A stretch of 64,000 nucleotides of DNA, taken from an uncultured Acidobacteriota bacterium. GTDB lineage: Bacteria; Acidobacteriota; Terriglobia; UBA7540. Made by a program: the position numbers and the translations under genes. Below are positions 11,739 through 21,404 of this stretch, one piece after another (the first letter of the stretch is position 1; every line of letters starts with the position of its first letter). The stretch covers positions 832,001 through 896,000 of the forward strand of contig CAWDSK010000005.1 of assembly GCA_963804995.1 (NCBI GenBank), written 5' to 3'. Below the pieces are notes generated by a model that saw nothing but the letters and a program-made list of their open reading frames with translations, was not told where the DNA came from and did no database searches.

Positions 11739-12674
11739 ATGAACTTCATCTCGAAACCGAATCGGCGCGAATTCCTGGGAACTCTCGGGGCCTTGGCGCT
11801 CGCTCCCTCCGGCGCTGCCGCAGCGAAGGCCGAACCTATCCTCAACCTGCACCAGCACACCAACTACTTTGGCACGACGCGGCGGCGCACCGACCAGGAG
11901 CTGATTGCCCACCAGGCCTACCACGGCGTGACCACTACAGTCCTGCAGGCGGGGGAAGGTTGGATGCTGGAGGAGCTGGGGAACAATGCGAGTTGTGAGG
12001 CTCTCGAAGCGGAATACCCGGACAGATTTCTGCGCTTTGCCTGTGCCGATCCGGCGCAATCGATCGCGATTGATGTTTTGCGGGGAAACGTCCAGCGCGG
12101 CGCCATCGGGTTTGGCGAGCTGAAGTTTCCTGTGGCTGTCGACTCACCGGAGATGCACCGCATCTACAAGCTGGCCGAAGAGTTGGGCGTTCCCATGCTA
12201 ATGCATTTCCAGTACGAAACGTACAACAGCGGGCTCGAACGTTTCGAGACGATTCTCAAGGCCTATCCTAAGGTGAATTTCTTCGGGCACGCACAAACTT
12301 GGTGGGGGAATATCAGCGCGGACCTCCGGCAGGTGGATCTTTACCCCAAAGGTCCCGTCAAGCCGGGTGGCCTCACGGACCGCCTGCTGTCTGACTACCC
12401 CAACATGTACGGGGATCTATCCGCCGAATCCGGCCTGAACGCCCTTACCCGGGACCCCGAATTTGCGCGGGGCTTCGTCGAGCGCCACAGCCGAAAACTG
12501 GTTTGGGGAAGCGACTGCGACTGCATGGACGGGAAGGGAAACGACCATGACAGCGGGTACTGTATCGCGGGCCACTCTCTGGCCGCACTGCGCAAGCTCG
12601 TCCCAAACGATGCTGCCTTTCGCAGGATCGTGTACGACAACGGCGCGGCCCTGCTGCGCCTCGGCAACAAATAG
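11739..12674 (+). CDS. Tat-exported amidohydrolase family protein
   Basis: NRREFL Tat motif, HQH metal motif, GFGELKF, LMHF, FFGHA, YGDLSA, WGSD. Confidence 0.88.
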   Translation: MNFISKPNRREFLGTLGALALAPSGAAAAKAEPILNLHQHTNYFGTTRRRTDQELIAHQAYHGVTTTVLQAGEGWMLEELGNNASCEALEAEYPDRFLRFACADPAQSIAIDVLRGNVQRGAIGFGELKFPVAVDSPEMHRIYKLAEELGVPMLMHFQYETYNSGLERFETILKAYPKVNFFGHAQTWWGNISADLRQVDLYPKGPVKPGGLTDRLLSDYPNMYGDLSAESGLNALTRDPEFARGFVERHSRKLVWGSDCDCMDGKGNDHDSGYCIAGHSLAALRKLVPNDAAFRRIVYDNGAALLRLGNK

Positions 12675-12739
12675 CACCCTCCAGAATGTCCTGATCATTT
12701 ACCCGGGAGCATACTGCGCCGCGAGGCTGGCGCGATAAA

Positions 12740-12921
12740 CCGCGGACCTTCAGGAAAGGTCCGCGCTACGTTTCCTTTTGGACGTTTGCGGGTGATCGTG
12801 TGGCCCGAAGCAGTGGCGTGATGCCCCGAGTGGTACCCACGGTCAATTCACATTTGGAATTGACCGTGGGTTCGTAAATTCAGGGAAAAGGCGCAGGGTC
12901 AGATAAACTCTGACCGTGGCC
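12740..12921. repeat. REP-like palindromes between convergent genes
   Basis: CCGCGGACCT-TCAGGAA-AGGTCCGCGCTAC at 12740 (related copy at about 60152) and a GTACCCACGGTCAATT...AATTGACCGTGGG...CTGACCGTGGC unit at 12832..12921 matching 11432..11530. Confidence 0.75.
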
Positions 12922-12923
12922 GC

Positions 12924-14847
12924 TCAGTTGATTGTGATTGTCACTGCATCCTGCTTCATCGGATCGGCGGTACTGGTGGCTGTAAGGGTTACAGTGTTCG
13001 GATTAGGCTTAGCGGCAGGAGGGGTGTACGTAACACCAGTTGGGGTGATTCCCGTTAGCGTGCCGCAAGTTAATCCCGCGCAACCTGAGCCGGAAAGTGA
13101 CCAAGTCACACCGACGCCCGTCGGGTCATTCTGCACCGTGGCGGTAAAGGCAGTCGCGGCGCCAGCATGCGTCGACACTGGCGCGGGATTCGGTGTGATT
13201 GCAACTGAAATGGGAAGTCTGGTGATCGTGATTGTGGCAGTACCGGATTTCGTGTTGTCGGCCTTAGAAGTGGCAGTGAGTGTGACTGTGTTGTTGGGAA
13301 GGGGCTGCGCATTCGGCGCAGTGTAAGTCACGGTCGTGGTTGTCTGATTGGTCAAAGTGCCGCAGGTAGCAGCCTGGCAATTGGCACCCGAAAGCGCCCA
13401 AGTAACTCCGGCACTGTTCTGGTCATTTGTGACAGCAGCCGTGAACTGCTGGGTAGTTGGCGCGGCAGCCGTACTGAGGGCCAGTGACACGTTTGAGGGG
13501 GTGACGGACACGGCACCTGCGGATGGGCCGGAAGCGTTGCTCTGAACTTGAACTCGTTGCAGGTATTCGATCGTCTGGCCGACGATGACCACGCTTCCGA
13601 GAGCCAACTTCACGAGCATGGGGTCTTGCTTACCCTTCAGAAGTCGCGGGCGTTTCGAGTTATTAACCGATACCTCCGTTTCATTGGCCAACTCTTTCAG
13701 CACGGCGGCTTTCGTCTGACCTTCCGTCCCGGCTATTTGTGTCGGGTCGGCCGCTGCGTTGGACAGTTGAATCTTCAGGTTTAGCAGAGACGTGGTCAGC
13801 GCCTGTTTCTCGACAAAGACGATGGTTTGGATTTGAGCATTGTTCGGGATCACGATGTTGTCGCGAAAGCTTTGATCGTCCAGATTATTCAGTTGGGACA
13901 GGATAGGATCCGGAGAGATAATATTGAAGGCTTGTAGCAATGGACCGCTCACGATGGATGCGAATGTGGCGAAATGGGTTTTTGCATTGGGCCGTACAAA
14001 GAATGGGATCGCTCCAGCCATAATGAGGCCTGCCCCCTCGAGCGAATGATATAGAACATTGCGAGGGTTCCACATCTCCTGATGAAGCAGGATAGCCCGA
14101 GTGGAACCGTAACTGCTGTTCGCTAACGTTACATACGGCCCGCCGAGGGCAACGAGATCTTTCAGTCGATTCGTAAAACCGATACCCGCAAGTTGAAGGG
14201 GATGGCCAGCATTGTTTCCTATCTTTAATTGGATACAATACAAACTCGAAGCCACTCGGGTTCCAAAGATGTTCCGCGCAATTATTATCGCTCATTACTT
14301 CCCACATGACGTCCACCTCAGGCGGAAGTCCGGGCGGGATGGCTCCTGCGGACGTGTCCATCACGGTGAGCTCAGTGGCGGCGACTGGTGCGCCGCTGCC
14401 GTTGAGAAGGATAACGGGATGGGGTCCGGGAGGCGTGTTGGGGTCAATCGTGATGTTAGCTGTAATGATGCACTTGTCTGGTTTCTGTTGCGTGATGGAG
14501 AGCCCACTGCCAGTCACCATGAGCGTATAGCTCGGACTGAGGGAAACCCCTTTTGAACTATCACAGTCCCCTTCAAAGACTGCCAGATTCGTTGAAGTGG
14601 GTAGCTTACCACCCATCGGCTGAATTACTCTCTGGCTCGCCGTGATCGAAATTGTCGGGTTGGCTGGCACTTCAGCAGGAGGAACTACCGCCGGACTAGC
14701 AGCGAGTGCAGCTCCGGGAACCGCGGCGGCAGCGGCCGCAGGGGGCTGAGTCTGGGCTTGTGCAGTTTGGGCTGGTAGGGTGAACGGAAGAAAGGTAAGC
14801 AGAATGAATCCACAAATATGGCGGAACAAGCTGAGCTTTAGTTGCAT
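12924..14847 (-). CDS. Secreted protein with two C-terminal Ig-like repeats; frameshifted near 14274
   Basis: Signal peptide MQLKLSLF...; ORFs 13885..14940 and 12924..14255 join if one G is removed (CA-NIFGTRVASSLY). Two repeats of FTAxVxND...GVTW.LSG..C....CGTL...YTxP...TVTLTATS.AD. Confidence 0.75.
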
Positions 14848-15240
14848 GGGGGTGCACTCTCCTCTCTTTGTTACCTTACTGTCATCTACTTGAGGCAAAA
14901 TTTGTACAACCCAGCGAGATCTTCTCTTGACAGCCGCCACGGCCAGCGACTGCCTGACCGTGGCTTTATGGTTAAGGGGATAGGGCCATGATCAACGGAT
15001 TTTGATTGACCGTGGCTAAACCAATCTCTTTCGCTACCTACGCTGGTTGGCGCAGACCCTTGCGGGTGTGCGATTCCCTTTAAGAGCAATGCTCCCGCGC
15101 AGGCCAAACGGTCTGGGCTGGAACATTGGTTTGCCGTGTAATTAACCCGGGGGTCTTGCCCTAGTGAAATAGGCGCAGGGCGTCTCTATTCGGTACAGCA
15201 ATTAGTTGTGGTGGCGACTAAAACGTGGCCGAACGCGGCT

Positions 15241-15269
15241 ATTAAACATACAGCCAATGCGCTTGTCAA
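15241..15269 (-). promoter_or_regulatory. Sigma70-type promoter upstream of the Ig-like gene
   Basis: Minus strand TTGACA-N17-TTTAAT. Confidence 0.5.
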
Positions 15270-15366
15270 CACCTTTTTTCAGTTGGTATCTTGATGATTC
15301 CTTTACGTTATAATTCGATATACATATCGACATAAAGCAAGTAAAAACTAGGCATCAGGCAACGGA

Positions 15367-15478
15367 GAACAGAAGGCAGTAGGCAGAAGGCGGTAAGCAG
15401 TAGGCAGAAAGCAGAAGGCAGAAGGCAGAAAGCGGAAGGCAGAAAGCGGAAGGCGGGAGGCAGAAAGTCAAAGGCGGA
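15367..15478. repeat. Degenerate 7-bp tandem repeat (AGGCAGA)n
   Basis: About 16 consecutive heptamers: aggcagt aggcaga aggcggt aagcagt aggcaga aagcaga... Confidence 0.9.
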
Positions 15479-15960
15479 AAATCAATAACATCTACTCGTT
15501 TTGGCGCCTTAGGCCGGAGGGGACGATTGAGTGGTTCGCCCTTTTGGGACTCATGGTAGCGCAGGGCCTGCACTCCGGCCCCTTCGTTTCCCTCAGGGCA
15601 GGCTCTGCGGCTCTTCCATCGCGCCGTGCTTTGGGCGGCGCGGCGACAGAGGGGGCCGGGGTGAGGGAGGGCCAAGGTCGAGCGGAGGAGCACCGTGAGC
15701 AAGGACTTCTTACTTTTGCCTTTTGCACTTTGCCTTGCCCTTGCGGCCCCGCTGTCCTGCGCTACTTACCCCCCCGCGCGGCTCTTCGCCCCAGACAAGT
15801 TCTCGGACAATGGGCCGCTGGCCTTGCATTTTGGGGCTACCGGTAGCCCGAAAGTGATTTTTGCCTATTGACATCGGCCTATAATAAATGTCACAATAAA
15901 GCTTACTTAGCGGGCGGTGCTGCAGTACGGAATTCTTTTTGCCCGCAGTGGATCTTTCTC

Positions 15961-16332
15961 ATGTCTCTAATAGAGCGGCACAAGTTGAGTCCGGCTGAAC
16001 TGGCGCCGTTACCTGCGTATCATACCCGCGGCCTGCTTAGCGCGAGCGACCGGGGGTTCAACCAAGATCAAGTTGGAACGGCGCTGGCTAGGAGTTGGGC
16101 AACCGCAGGGCCGCCCTCCAAGGCCCAGGCGAAATGCCTGACTTTTGCCCAGTTACAGATTGTCAATTTGTCCGCGAAAATGGGGCCGGGATGCACAATT
16201 CAGAAAAACATCAAAATGACGATTGCTCCCAATAACATAATGAAAACAAAGGGTCGTAAAACGACACAATGTTGTCTACCCAATAACTTATGCAAAACAA
16301 AAGGTTTATCGAATATGCCAATAACTTACTGA
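15961..16332 (+). CDS. Hypothetical or degenerate protein whose C-terminus is encoded by AT-rich repeats
   Basis: ATG 15961 (MSLIERHKLSPAELA...) downstream of TTGACA-N18-CACAAT at 15868; C-terminal PNNIMKTKG and PNNLCKTKG repeats. Confidence 0.35.
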   Translation: MSLIERHKLSPAELAPLPAYHTRGLLSASDRGFNQDQVGTALARSWATAGPPSKAQAKCLTFAQLQIVNLSAKMGPGCTIQKNIKMTIAPNNIMKTKGRKTTQCCLPNNLCKTKGLSNMPITY

Positions 16333-16468
16333 AAATGCTTTAGATAGCCTAATTAAATGGTCCCCAGATCACCCAAAAGCCGCACAAACCCCCACTAGGC
16401 CAATAACTTAAAGAAAATAAACAACTTGAGATCTGCATCTCCAGGCGATGCCAATAACTTTCTGAAAA
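16229..16468. repeat. Five direct copies of CCAATAAC(T/A)T-N3-(G/C)AAAA
   Basis: Copies start at 16229, 16280, 16318, 16400 and 16451. Confidence 0.8.
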
Positions 16469-16587
16469 GGCGGGAGATATTAGCAGGAATAAAATGTCCA
16501 TCCCTCGGGCCCGAGAAACCTTAGCCCAAGGCGCAACGATCGGTACGTTACAGGGAGTTCGCCGCATAGTCACCTCCACCGATTTAA

Positions 16588-17097
16588 CCCGCCCGTGACG
16601 CACTTCCCCACATCGGTTATCGGTAGGTTGGCATCCGAACATGAGCCCCCAAAGCGACTTGGAGTTGGGCAATCGCCAGATCGCGAGACCACTCAATGAC
16701 TCAATGGTCCGATGATGCAATCACCCGATGGCCGGCGCCGGCCGCGATACATTCCCCCATATCGGTTATCGGCGGGTTGCCGTCCGATCATGAGCCCACG
16801 AACCTCGGTCCCGTCGGGAGCGAGTGGTACCCGACAGGCAGGCGGGGGCCAAGCGGCGCATGACAGGCGGGCGCGACCAAGCGCCGGTGACAAGCAGGCG
16901 GAGTCACACGCCGCCCAGCTAACCAACCCCGGCCGCGACACTCCCCCGCGCTGACAGCTCACAGACGACAGCTAACAGTTACTTCCCGACCCCGAGCCCC
17001 TAACTCCCAATCCCTAACGCCTAACCCCGATCCTCCCGCCCCGGCCGCGACACACTCCCCCACATCGGTTATCGACGGAACGGGTCCTCGCCTTGAG
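16588..17097. repeat. Three dispersed ~60-bp direct repeats plus one partial copy, separated by heptamer tracts
   Basis: CCGGCCGCGACAC..TCCCCCACATCGGTTATCG...TGAG at about 16588, 16738 and 17041; partial copy at 16929. Confidence 0.8.
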
Positions 17098-17265
17098 ATT
17101 AGATTGCAGAGAGGGTCACTTCAGCGGAAAGCGCCGACCCGAGTCTTTGGTTTTGTGGACTTGACGAACGATGGGTGATGACGGGTTCCTTACAAGGACT
17201 ACGGTCCACGGCAGGCAGAAGGCGGAAGCTGAACTTTGAAAGCCAACAGCCAGCCGCCGTTTTTC

Positions 17266-17979
17266 TCAATTCATCTTGACGTGCTTGGCGCCTTCGGCAG
17301 CATTCAATTCGAACTTAGAGCCAGGCAAGTCGCGATTCACTCTCACACCGGTATAGCGTGCGAGGATGTAGTCGCCATCGCTTTCGTAGAATTTCTGCTG
17401 CGTGGGCAGCCAGGATTCTTCGCTGATCCAGATCTCGATTTTGACGAGTTGGGTCGCGACGTTTTCCTTGCGAGGTGAGAGCTCCAGCAGCACGGTCGTG
17501 TCGCCATCCAGATCTTCTTCCTTGACATACTTGATGTTGTAGTTTTTCTTCAATTCGCCGGTATCCGACCCGAAGCCCAGGAGCAGGAACTGCTGCACCA
17601 GGTCTGTCTTCTGTCCCAGGTCGTATTCCTGAACCTGGTTAATTTTTGGAAGGTAAATCTCCGCCTTGTTCTTCTTAAAGAGAATGATCTTGCGGTCGGG
17701 CTTTTCGAATTCAAGCCGAATCTCCGTACTCTTACCTTTGCGGAAGAGGAGTTGGCCAGTCTCTGTGGACTTGTCATTCACCAGCACGGTGACTTTTGTG
17801 TAATCGAGATTGGCGGTAAGAGTATGCAGGTCCTTGGACGCCTTATTCATCTGGGTGAGGATCTCTGAGAGGTCGGCCGGCACTTTGCCCTTACGAGCCA
17901 TGCCCGGCTGCCCCACCATGAGAGTGAATACGACTGCGGCAAGCAGAGCCCGCAGGCACGAATTGAGGAAATTTCGCAT
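17266..17979 (-). CDS. Outer-membrane lipoprotein carrier LolA-like protein
   Basis: Signal peptide; LolA-fold pattern (TLTANL...IRLEFEKPDRK...YLPKINQV...LLELSP...IWISEESWLP...VNRDLPGSKF). Confidence 0.8.
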   Translation of the reverse strand: MRNFLNSCLRALLAAVVFTLMVGQPGMARKGKVPADLSEILTQMNKASKDLHTLTANLDYTKVTVLVNDKSTETGQLLFRKGKSTEIRLEFEKPDRKIILFKKNKAEIYLPKINQVQEYDLGQKTDLVQQFLLLGFGSDTGELKKNYNIKYVKEEDLDGDTTVLLELSPRKENVATQLVKIEIWISEESWLPTQQKFYESDGDYILARYTGVRVNRDLPGSKFELNAAEGAKHVKMN

Positions 17980-18040
17980 AAGGTCACAAACCTTGTTCAG
18001 GGCTGACGGGCAGGGCACAAGGCCCCGGCGAACGCCTGAG

Positions 18041-18499
18041 TTACTGCTCCACCACCACAGTGTAACCGAGAATGACCTGGTTGCGATCCCGGACGGCATC
18101 TATGGATTTCAGGGTGAAGGGGTTTTGCAGGTGCTGCCTTAGGATGATGGGTATGGCGTCCTCGGGTTTCTGATCGAGGGACTCCACCAACCGGGCGTCC
18201 AACAGATAACGTACGGTTTTATTGACGCGGCCCATTTCAACGATGCCCTGCTGATGGCGCAGATCGGTCAACTGCAAAGTTGGTCGGTCATTGAACCAGG
18301 CTCGAGGGGACAGGAAGATGAATGCCAGGATGGCAGCGACAATCAGATCGTACTGCCAACTGCCGCGCTCATAAGCCCAGAAGATGCTCCGAGTTACCAC
18401 GAGCCTGATACCGGATCCGATCTTTCCCATGGTCGTAGCACCCGAGGAGGGCGGAGCGTGGGGAAGAGCGCGGTCGTGGAAATCCGTGGTTTGCGTCAT
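18041..18499 (-). CDS. Hypothetical membrane protein
   Basis: FWAYERGSWQYDLIVAAILAFIFLSPR TM motif; lies inside the co-oriented operon. Start may be 18499 or 18431. Confidence 0.7.
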   Translation of the reverse strand: MTQTTDFHDRALPHAPPSSGATTMGKIGSGIRLVVTRSIFWAYERGSWQYDLIVAAILAFIFLSPRAWFNDRPTLQLTDLRHQQGIVEMGRVNKTVRYLLDARLVESLDQKPEDAIPIILRQHLQNPFTLKSIDAVRDRNQVILGYTVVVEQ

Positions 18500-18540
18500 A
18501 GCAGGTGACCTGAAGAAAATAGCTAGAAACGCGGCAAGAA

Positions 18541-19212
18541 TCAATCCGAAATAATTCGGCCATCCCGCATGCGGATGATACGGTCGGCGACGGCGGCGGC
18601 TTCAGGGTTATGCGTGATCATCAGGACGGTCTGCCGGAAGGTCCGGTTGAGCTCGCGCAGCATGTCCAGCACCTTTTGGGAATTCTCCGTGTCCAGATTT
18701 CCCGTGGGCTCATCGGCGAGCAGGATTTTAGGATCGCAAACCACGGCGCGCGCAATGGCCACGCGCTGCTGCTCGCCACCGGAAAGCGCAAAGGGGCGGT
18801 GCTCAAGCTTGTCCTGAATGCCCAGAAGGCTGGTGACGATTTGGAAGCGGTGCGGGTTGAACCCGTTCCCTTGAATGTGCTGGGCGATGGCGATATTGTC
18901 CCGCGCCGAAAGCGTGGGGAGCAGGTTGAAGCGCTGGAAGACAAACCCGATTTTGTGGCGGCGGAAGCGCGTGCGGTCAGCGTCTGACATATCGGAGAAG
19001 TCATTGCCGTCCACCAGGACATGGCCTGAGGTGGGCCCCGTCAGGCCACCCAGCACGTGCAACAGGGTGGACTTCCCGCATCCCGAGGGTCCGACTACGG
19101 CCACAAATTCGCCGGCCTGCACGATCAAGTCGACACCCCGCAACGCCGGGACGTCTACCTTGCCGACGCGGTATATCTTCTTCAGGTCAAGAGTGGAGAT
19201 GATCGGTTCCAA
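18541..19212 (-). CDS. ABC transporter ATP-binding protein (LolD/MacB-like)
   Basis: Walker [39 protein letters not shown]. Confidence 0.95.
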   Translation of the reverse strand: MEPIISTLDLKKIYRVGKVDVPALRGVDLIVQAGEFVAVVGPSGCGKSTLLHVLGGLTGPTSGHVLVDGNDFSDMSDADRTRFRRHKIGFVFQRFNLLPTLSARDNIAIAQHIQGNGFNPHRFQIVTSLLGIQDKLEHRPFALSGGEQQRVAIARAVVCDPKILLADEPTGNLDTENSQKVLDMLRELNRTFRQTVLMITHNPEAAAVADRIIRMRDGRIISD

Positions 19213-19313
19213 ATCAGTTCTTCGTTCTCCCGCGGTGAGCTGTGGCGTTCGGCAAGATCCGCGGGCGCAGGCGTTTCTCTATAGTATGCCAGACGTAGGC
19301 CAGGACGGACAGG

Positions 19314-20414
19314 TTACTCGTAAGCGAGGGCATCGACCGGGTCAAGCTGCGCAGCCCGCAGGGCGGGGTAGAACGCCCCCAGCATACTGCCCACGAGCGC
19401 CAGGCAAGCTGCGTACAACCTCCAATCCCAGGTCATCTGAACCGTCAGCGTGGGAAAGGCCGTCAGGATTGCTTTGCGTGTAATCATCGAACCTATGAAC
19501 CCAGCCAGGATGCCGACTGTCGCTAGCAGCGTGGCCTCTCTCAGGATCAGGGCAATGATATACCCTTTTGAGGCGCCAAGCGACTTTAAGATGCCAATCT
19601 CCCGGGTCCGCTCGGTAATCGTCGTATACATCGAAAGGAAAATGACCAGGAAGCCGATTCCCACCGCAATGGCAATCATGGCGGAAATAAAGTAATTCAA
19701 GCCGGGGAGATTATTCGAGGTCATCAGGGCCATGTACTCTCGAATGGGCAAGACCGAATACTTGGGCAGCAGCTTGCGGATGGCCTCAGCCGTGTTGTCG
19801 CCGTAGGCCGGGTCGGTGCACTTGACGTAGAAGATCGATGCCTTGTCCTGCACACCGTACAGATCCTCGGCGGTGGCCAGGGGAATAAAGAGGCGCGCTC
19901 CTTTGCCGTGCTCGATGATGCCAGCCACGTGGAAATCATGGCTGAGCAGCGTCAGCGTTTCCCCCACCTTGGTGTGATTGGCCTTGGCGTACACGTCGTC
20001 CACCAGGATGTCGTAGGGCGCCTTGAAAGGTCCCCCCTGATGGTAGACAAATCCCCCCGAAACGCGATCGAAGCTCGCCGGATCAATGCCGTAGATGATG
20101 TTGAGCCCCGCGGTGGCGTTCACCACGAACAGCACTGGCGTCACCGCCAGCACGCGTGGCAGCGCCGCCAGCCGTTCCCCGATCTTAATGGGCATGGGGG
20201 CTTGCGAGAGCCCCAACAGGAACGATGCGTTGGGCGGTTGGACCATGATATCCGCGCCCACACCCTCCACGCGCTTGGCGCTTTCGTTCACCAGTCCATG
20301 GCAAAGACCCACGACCAGGATGACCATGCCCACTTCAATGGCCACGGCCAAAACACTCACCGCGGTCCGAATCGGCCGGTGTAGGATGTTCGAAACTATC
20401 ATCCTATTGACCAC
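19314..20414 (-). CDS. ABC transporter permease (LolC/E, MacB, FtsX type)
   Basis: NILHRPIRT, ERTREIGILKSLGAS, YPALRAAQLDPVDALAYE. Confidence 0.93.
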   Translation of the reverse strand: MVNRMIVSNILHRPIRTAVSVLAVAIEVGMVILVVGLCHGLVNESAKRVEGVGADIMVQPPNASFLLGLSQAPMPIKIGERLAALPRVLAVTPVLFVVNATAGLNIIYGIDPASFDRVSGGFVYHQGGPFKAPYDILVDDVYAKANHTKVGETLTLLSHDFHVAGIIEHGKGARLFIPLATAEDLYGVQDKASIFYVKCTDPAYGDNTAEAIRKLLPKYSVLPIREYMALMTSNNLPGLNYFISAMIAIAVGIGFLVIFLSMYTTITERTREIGILKSLGASKGYIIALILREATLLATVGILAGFIGSMITRKAILTAFPTLTVQMTWDWRLYAACLALVGSMLGAFYPALRAAQLDPVDALAYE

Positions 20415-21318
20415 GCGGTTTCTCCTCGGGGTTCGCCGTGCTGAGGTCTACCAAGGCTGCTCCCTCAGGTTTCTTGAGGTCGAATTTCTCTGGTGCGATA
20501 GGCTCGTTAAACGTGGCCTTCTCAATGGTAATTGTTACCTCATAATCCTCGGCAGGCCGCGCCAGTTCAATGTGTGTGGGAAAATGGATGCCCTGGAAAT
20601 CCTGGTACGCGGAGTATTGGACGTCTTCGGTGCAGGTTCCCTCCGCGTCATAGAATTGCTCCCGATCCATATTCAGGTCCGCACGGTCGAACCAAACTTT
20701 CCGGTGAAGAACCAGTTGTTGGCCCGTTTGCCCCGCCACGATGTTGACGACGTAGAAGCGCCGCCGTTGCGAGCGCCGCTCGGCTTGCTCCAGATAGGGC
20801 GTTTCGTGCTCTGCGTCGATGGCAGGAACGATCAGCGCCTGCAAAATGTGCTGCGGCCGCAGATTTTCGAGCGCGTTATCCGTGGGGCGGTGGAACGAAT
20901 TCTTGCCCACAATGTACTTCGCTTTGGCAGGGATATAGAGGCGGAATTCATCCCCAGTCGAAACCATGTCAAAGATGTTGGTTCGTACCACCGGGGCCTG
21001 GCCGAGCATTCGAATCGTCGAGGGTTTTTCCAGCAGGATGAATCCCTTTACGTCGTGGTATTCCTTGATGACTCCGGAATAAACCGACCCCGCAGTCGGT
21101 TCAAGGTCAACTGTGGCTGTGAGGGTGTGGATGGCCGCACTCTGCGTGTTGATCTTGTCAACCAGTTCGGCTAGTGTGGCATGGCGCCCTGGGCCAGACT
21201 GTTCCGGGGGATGGATATGGGTCACCCTGCGCACCAGACATCCCGGCGAGGCCAAGAGCAGGGCAGCAAGGACCAGCCCGAACGAAACCCTTCTTGTGTT
21301 AATGAGTGCGATTCGCAA
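20404..21318 (-). CDS. Lipoprotein with probable LolA/LolB-like fold
   Basis: Lipobox LLASPGC; beta-rich body ending FPTHIELARP...IEKATFNEPIAPEKFDL; overlaps the permease start. Confidence 0.7.
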   Translation of the reverse strand: MRIALINTRRVSFGLVLAALLLASPGCLVRRVTHIHPPEQSGPGRHATLAELVDKINTQSAAIHTLTATVDLEPTAGSVYSGVIKEYHDVKGFILLEKPSTIRMLGQAPVVRTNIFDMVSTGDEFRLYIPAKAKYIVGKNSFHRPTDNALENLRPQHILQALIVPAIDAEHETPYLEQAERRSQRRRFYVVNIVAGQTGQQLVLHRKVWFDRADLNMDREQFYDAEGTCTEDVQYSAYQDFQGIHFPTHIELARPAEDYEVTITIEKATFNEPIAPEKFDLKKPEGAALVDLSTANPEEKPRGQ

Positions 21319-21404
21319 GATCCTAACCCTCTAATTTAACAGAGGCCTTGCGGTGTGTCAATTCCACCCCTGGCTTGGGGTGCACGACGAAGGAGTGAGC
21401 GGGC

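Noticed and set aside
15014..15140. GGCAAACC suggesting a c-di-GMP-I riboswitch
   Set aside because: No GAAA tetraloop followed by GACGCAAAGC at the expected spacing; kept only as an unidentified structured leader.
15355..15702. ORF with FCLPPSA repeats
   Set aside because: Translation artefact of the 7-bp tandem repeat.
16588..17097. Possible CRISPR array
   Set aside because: Repeats are degenerate, spacing is long and irregular, and no cas genes are present.
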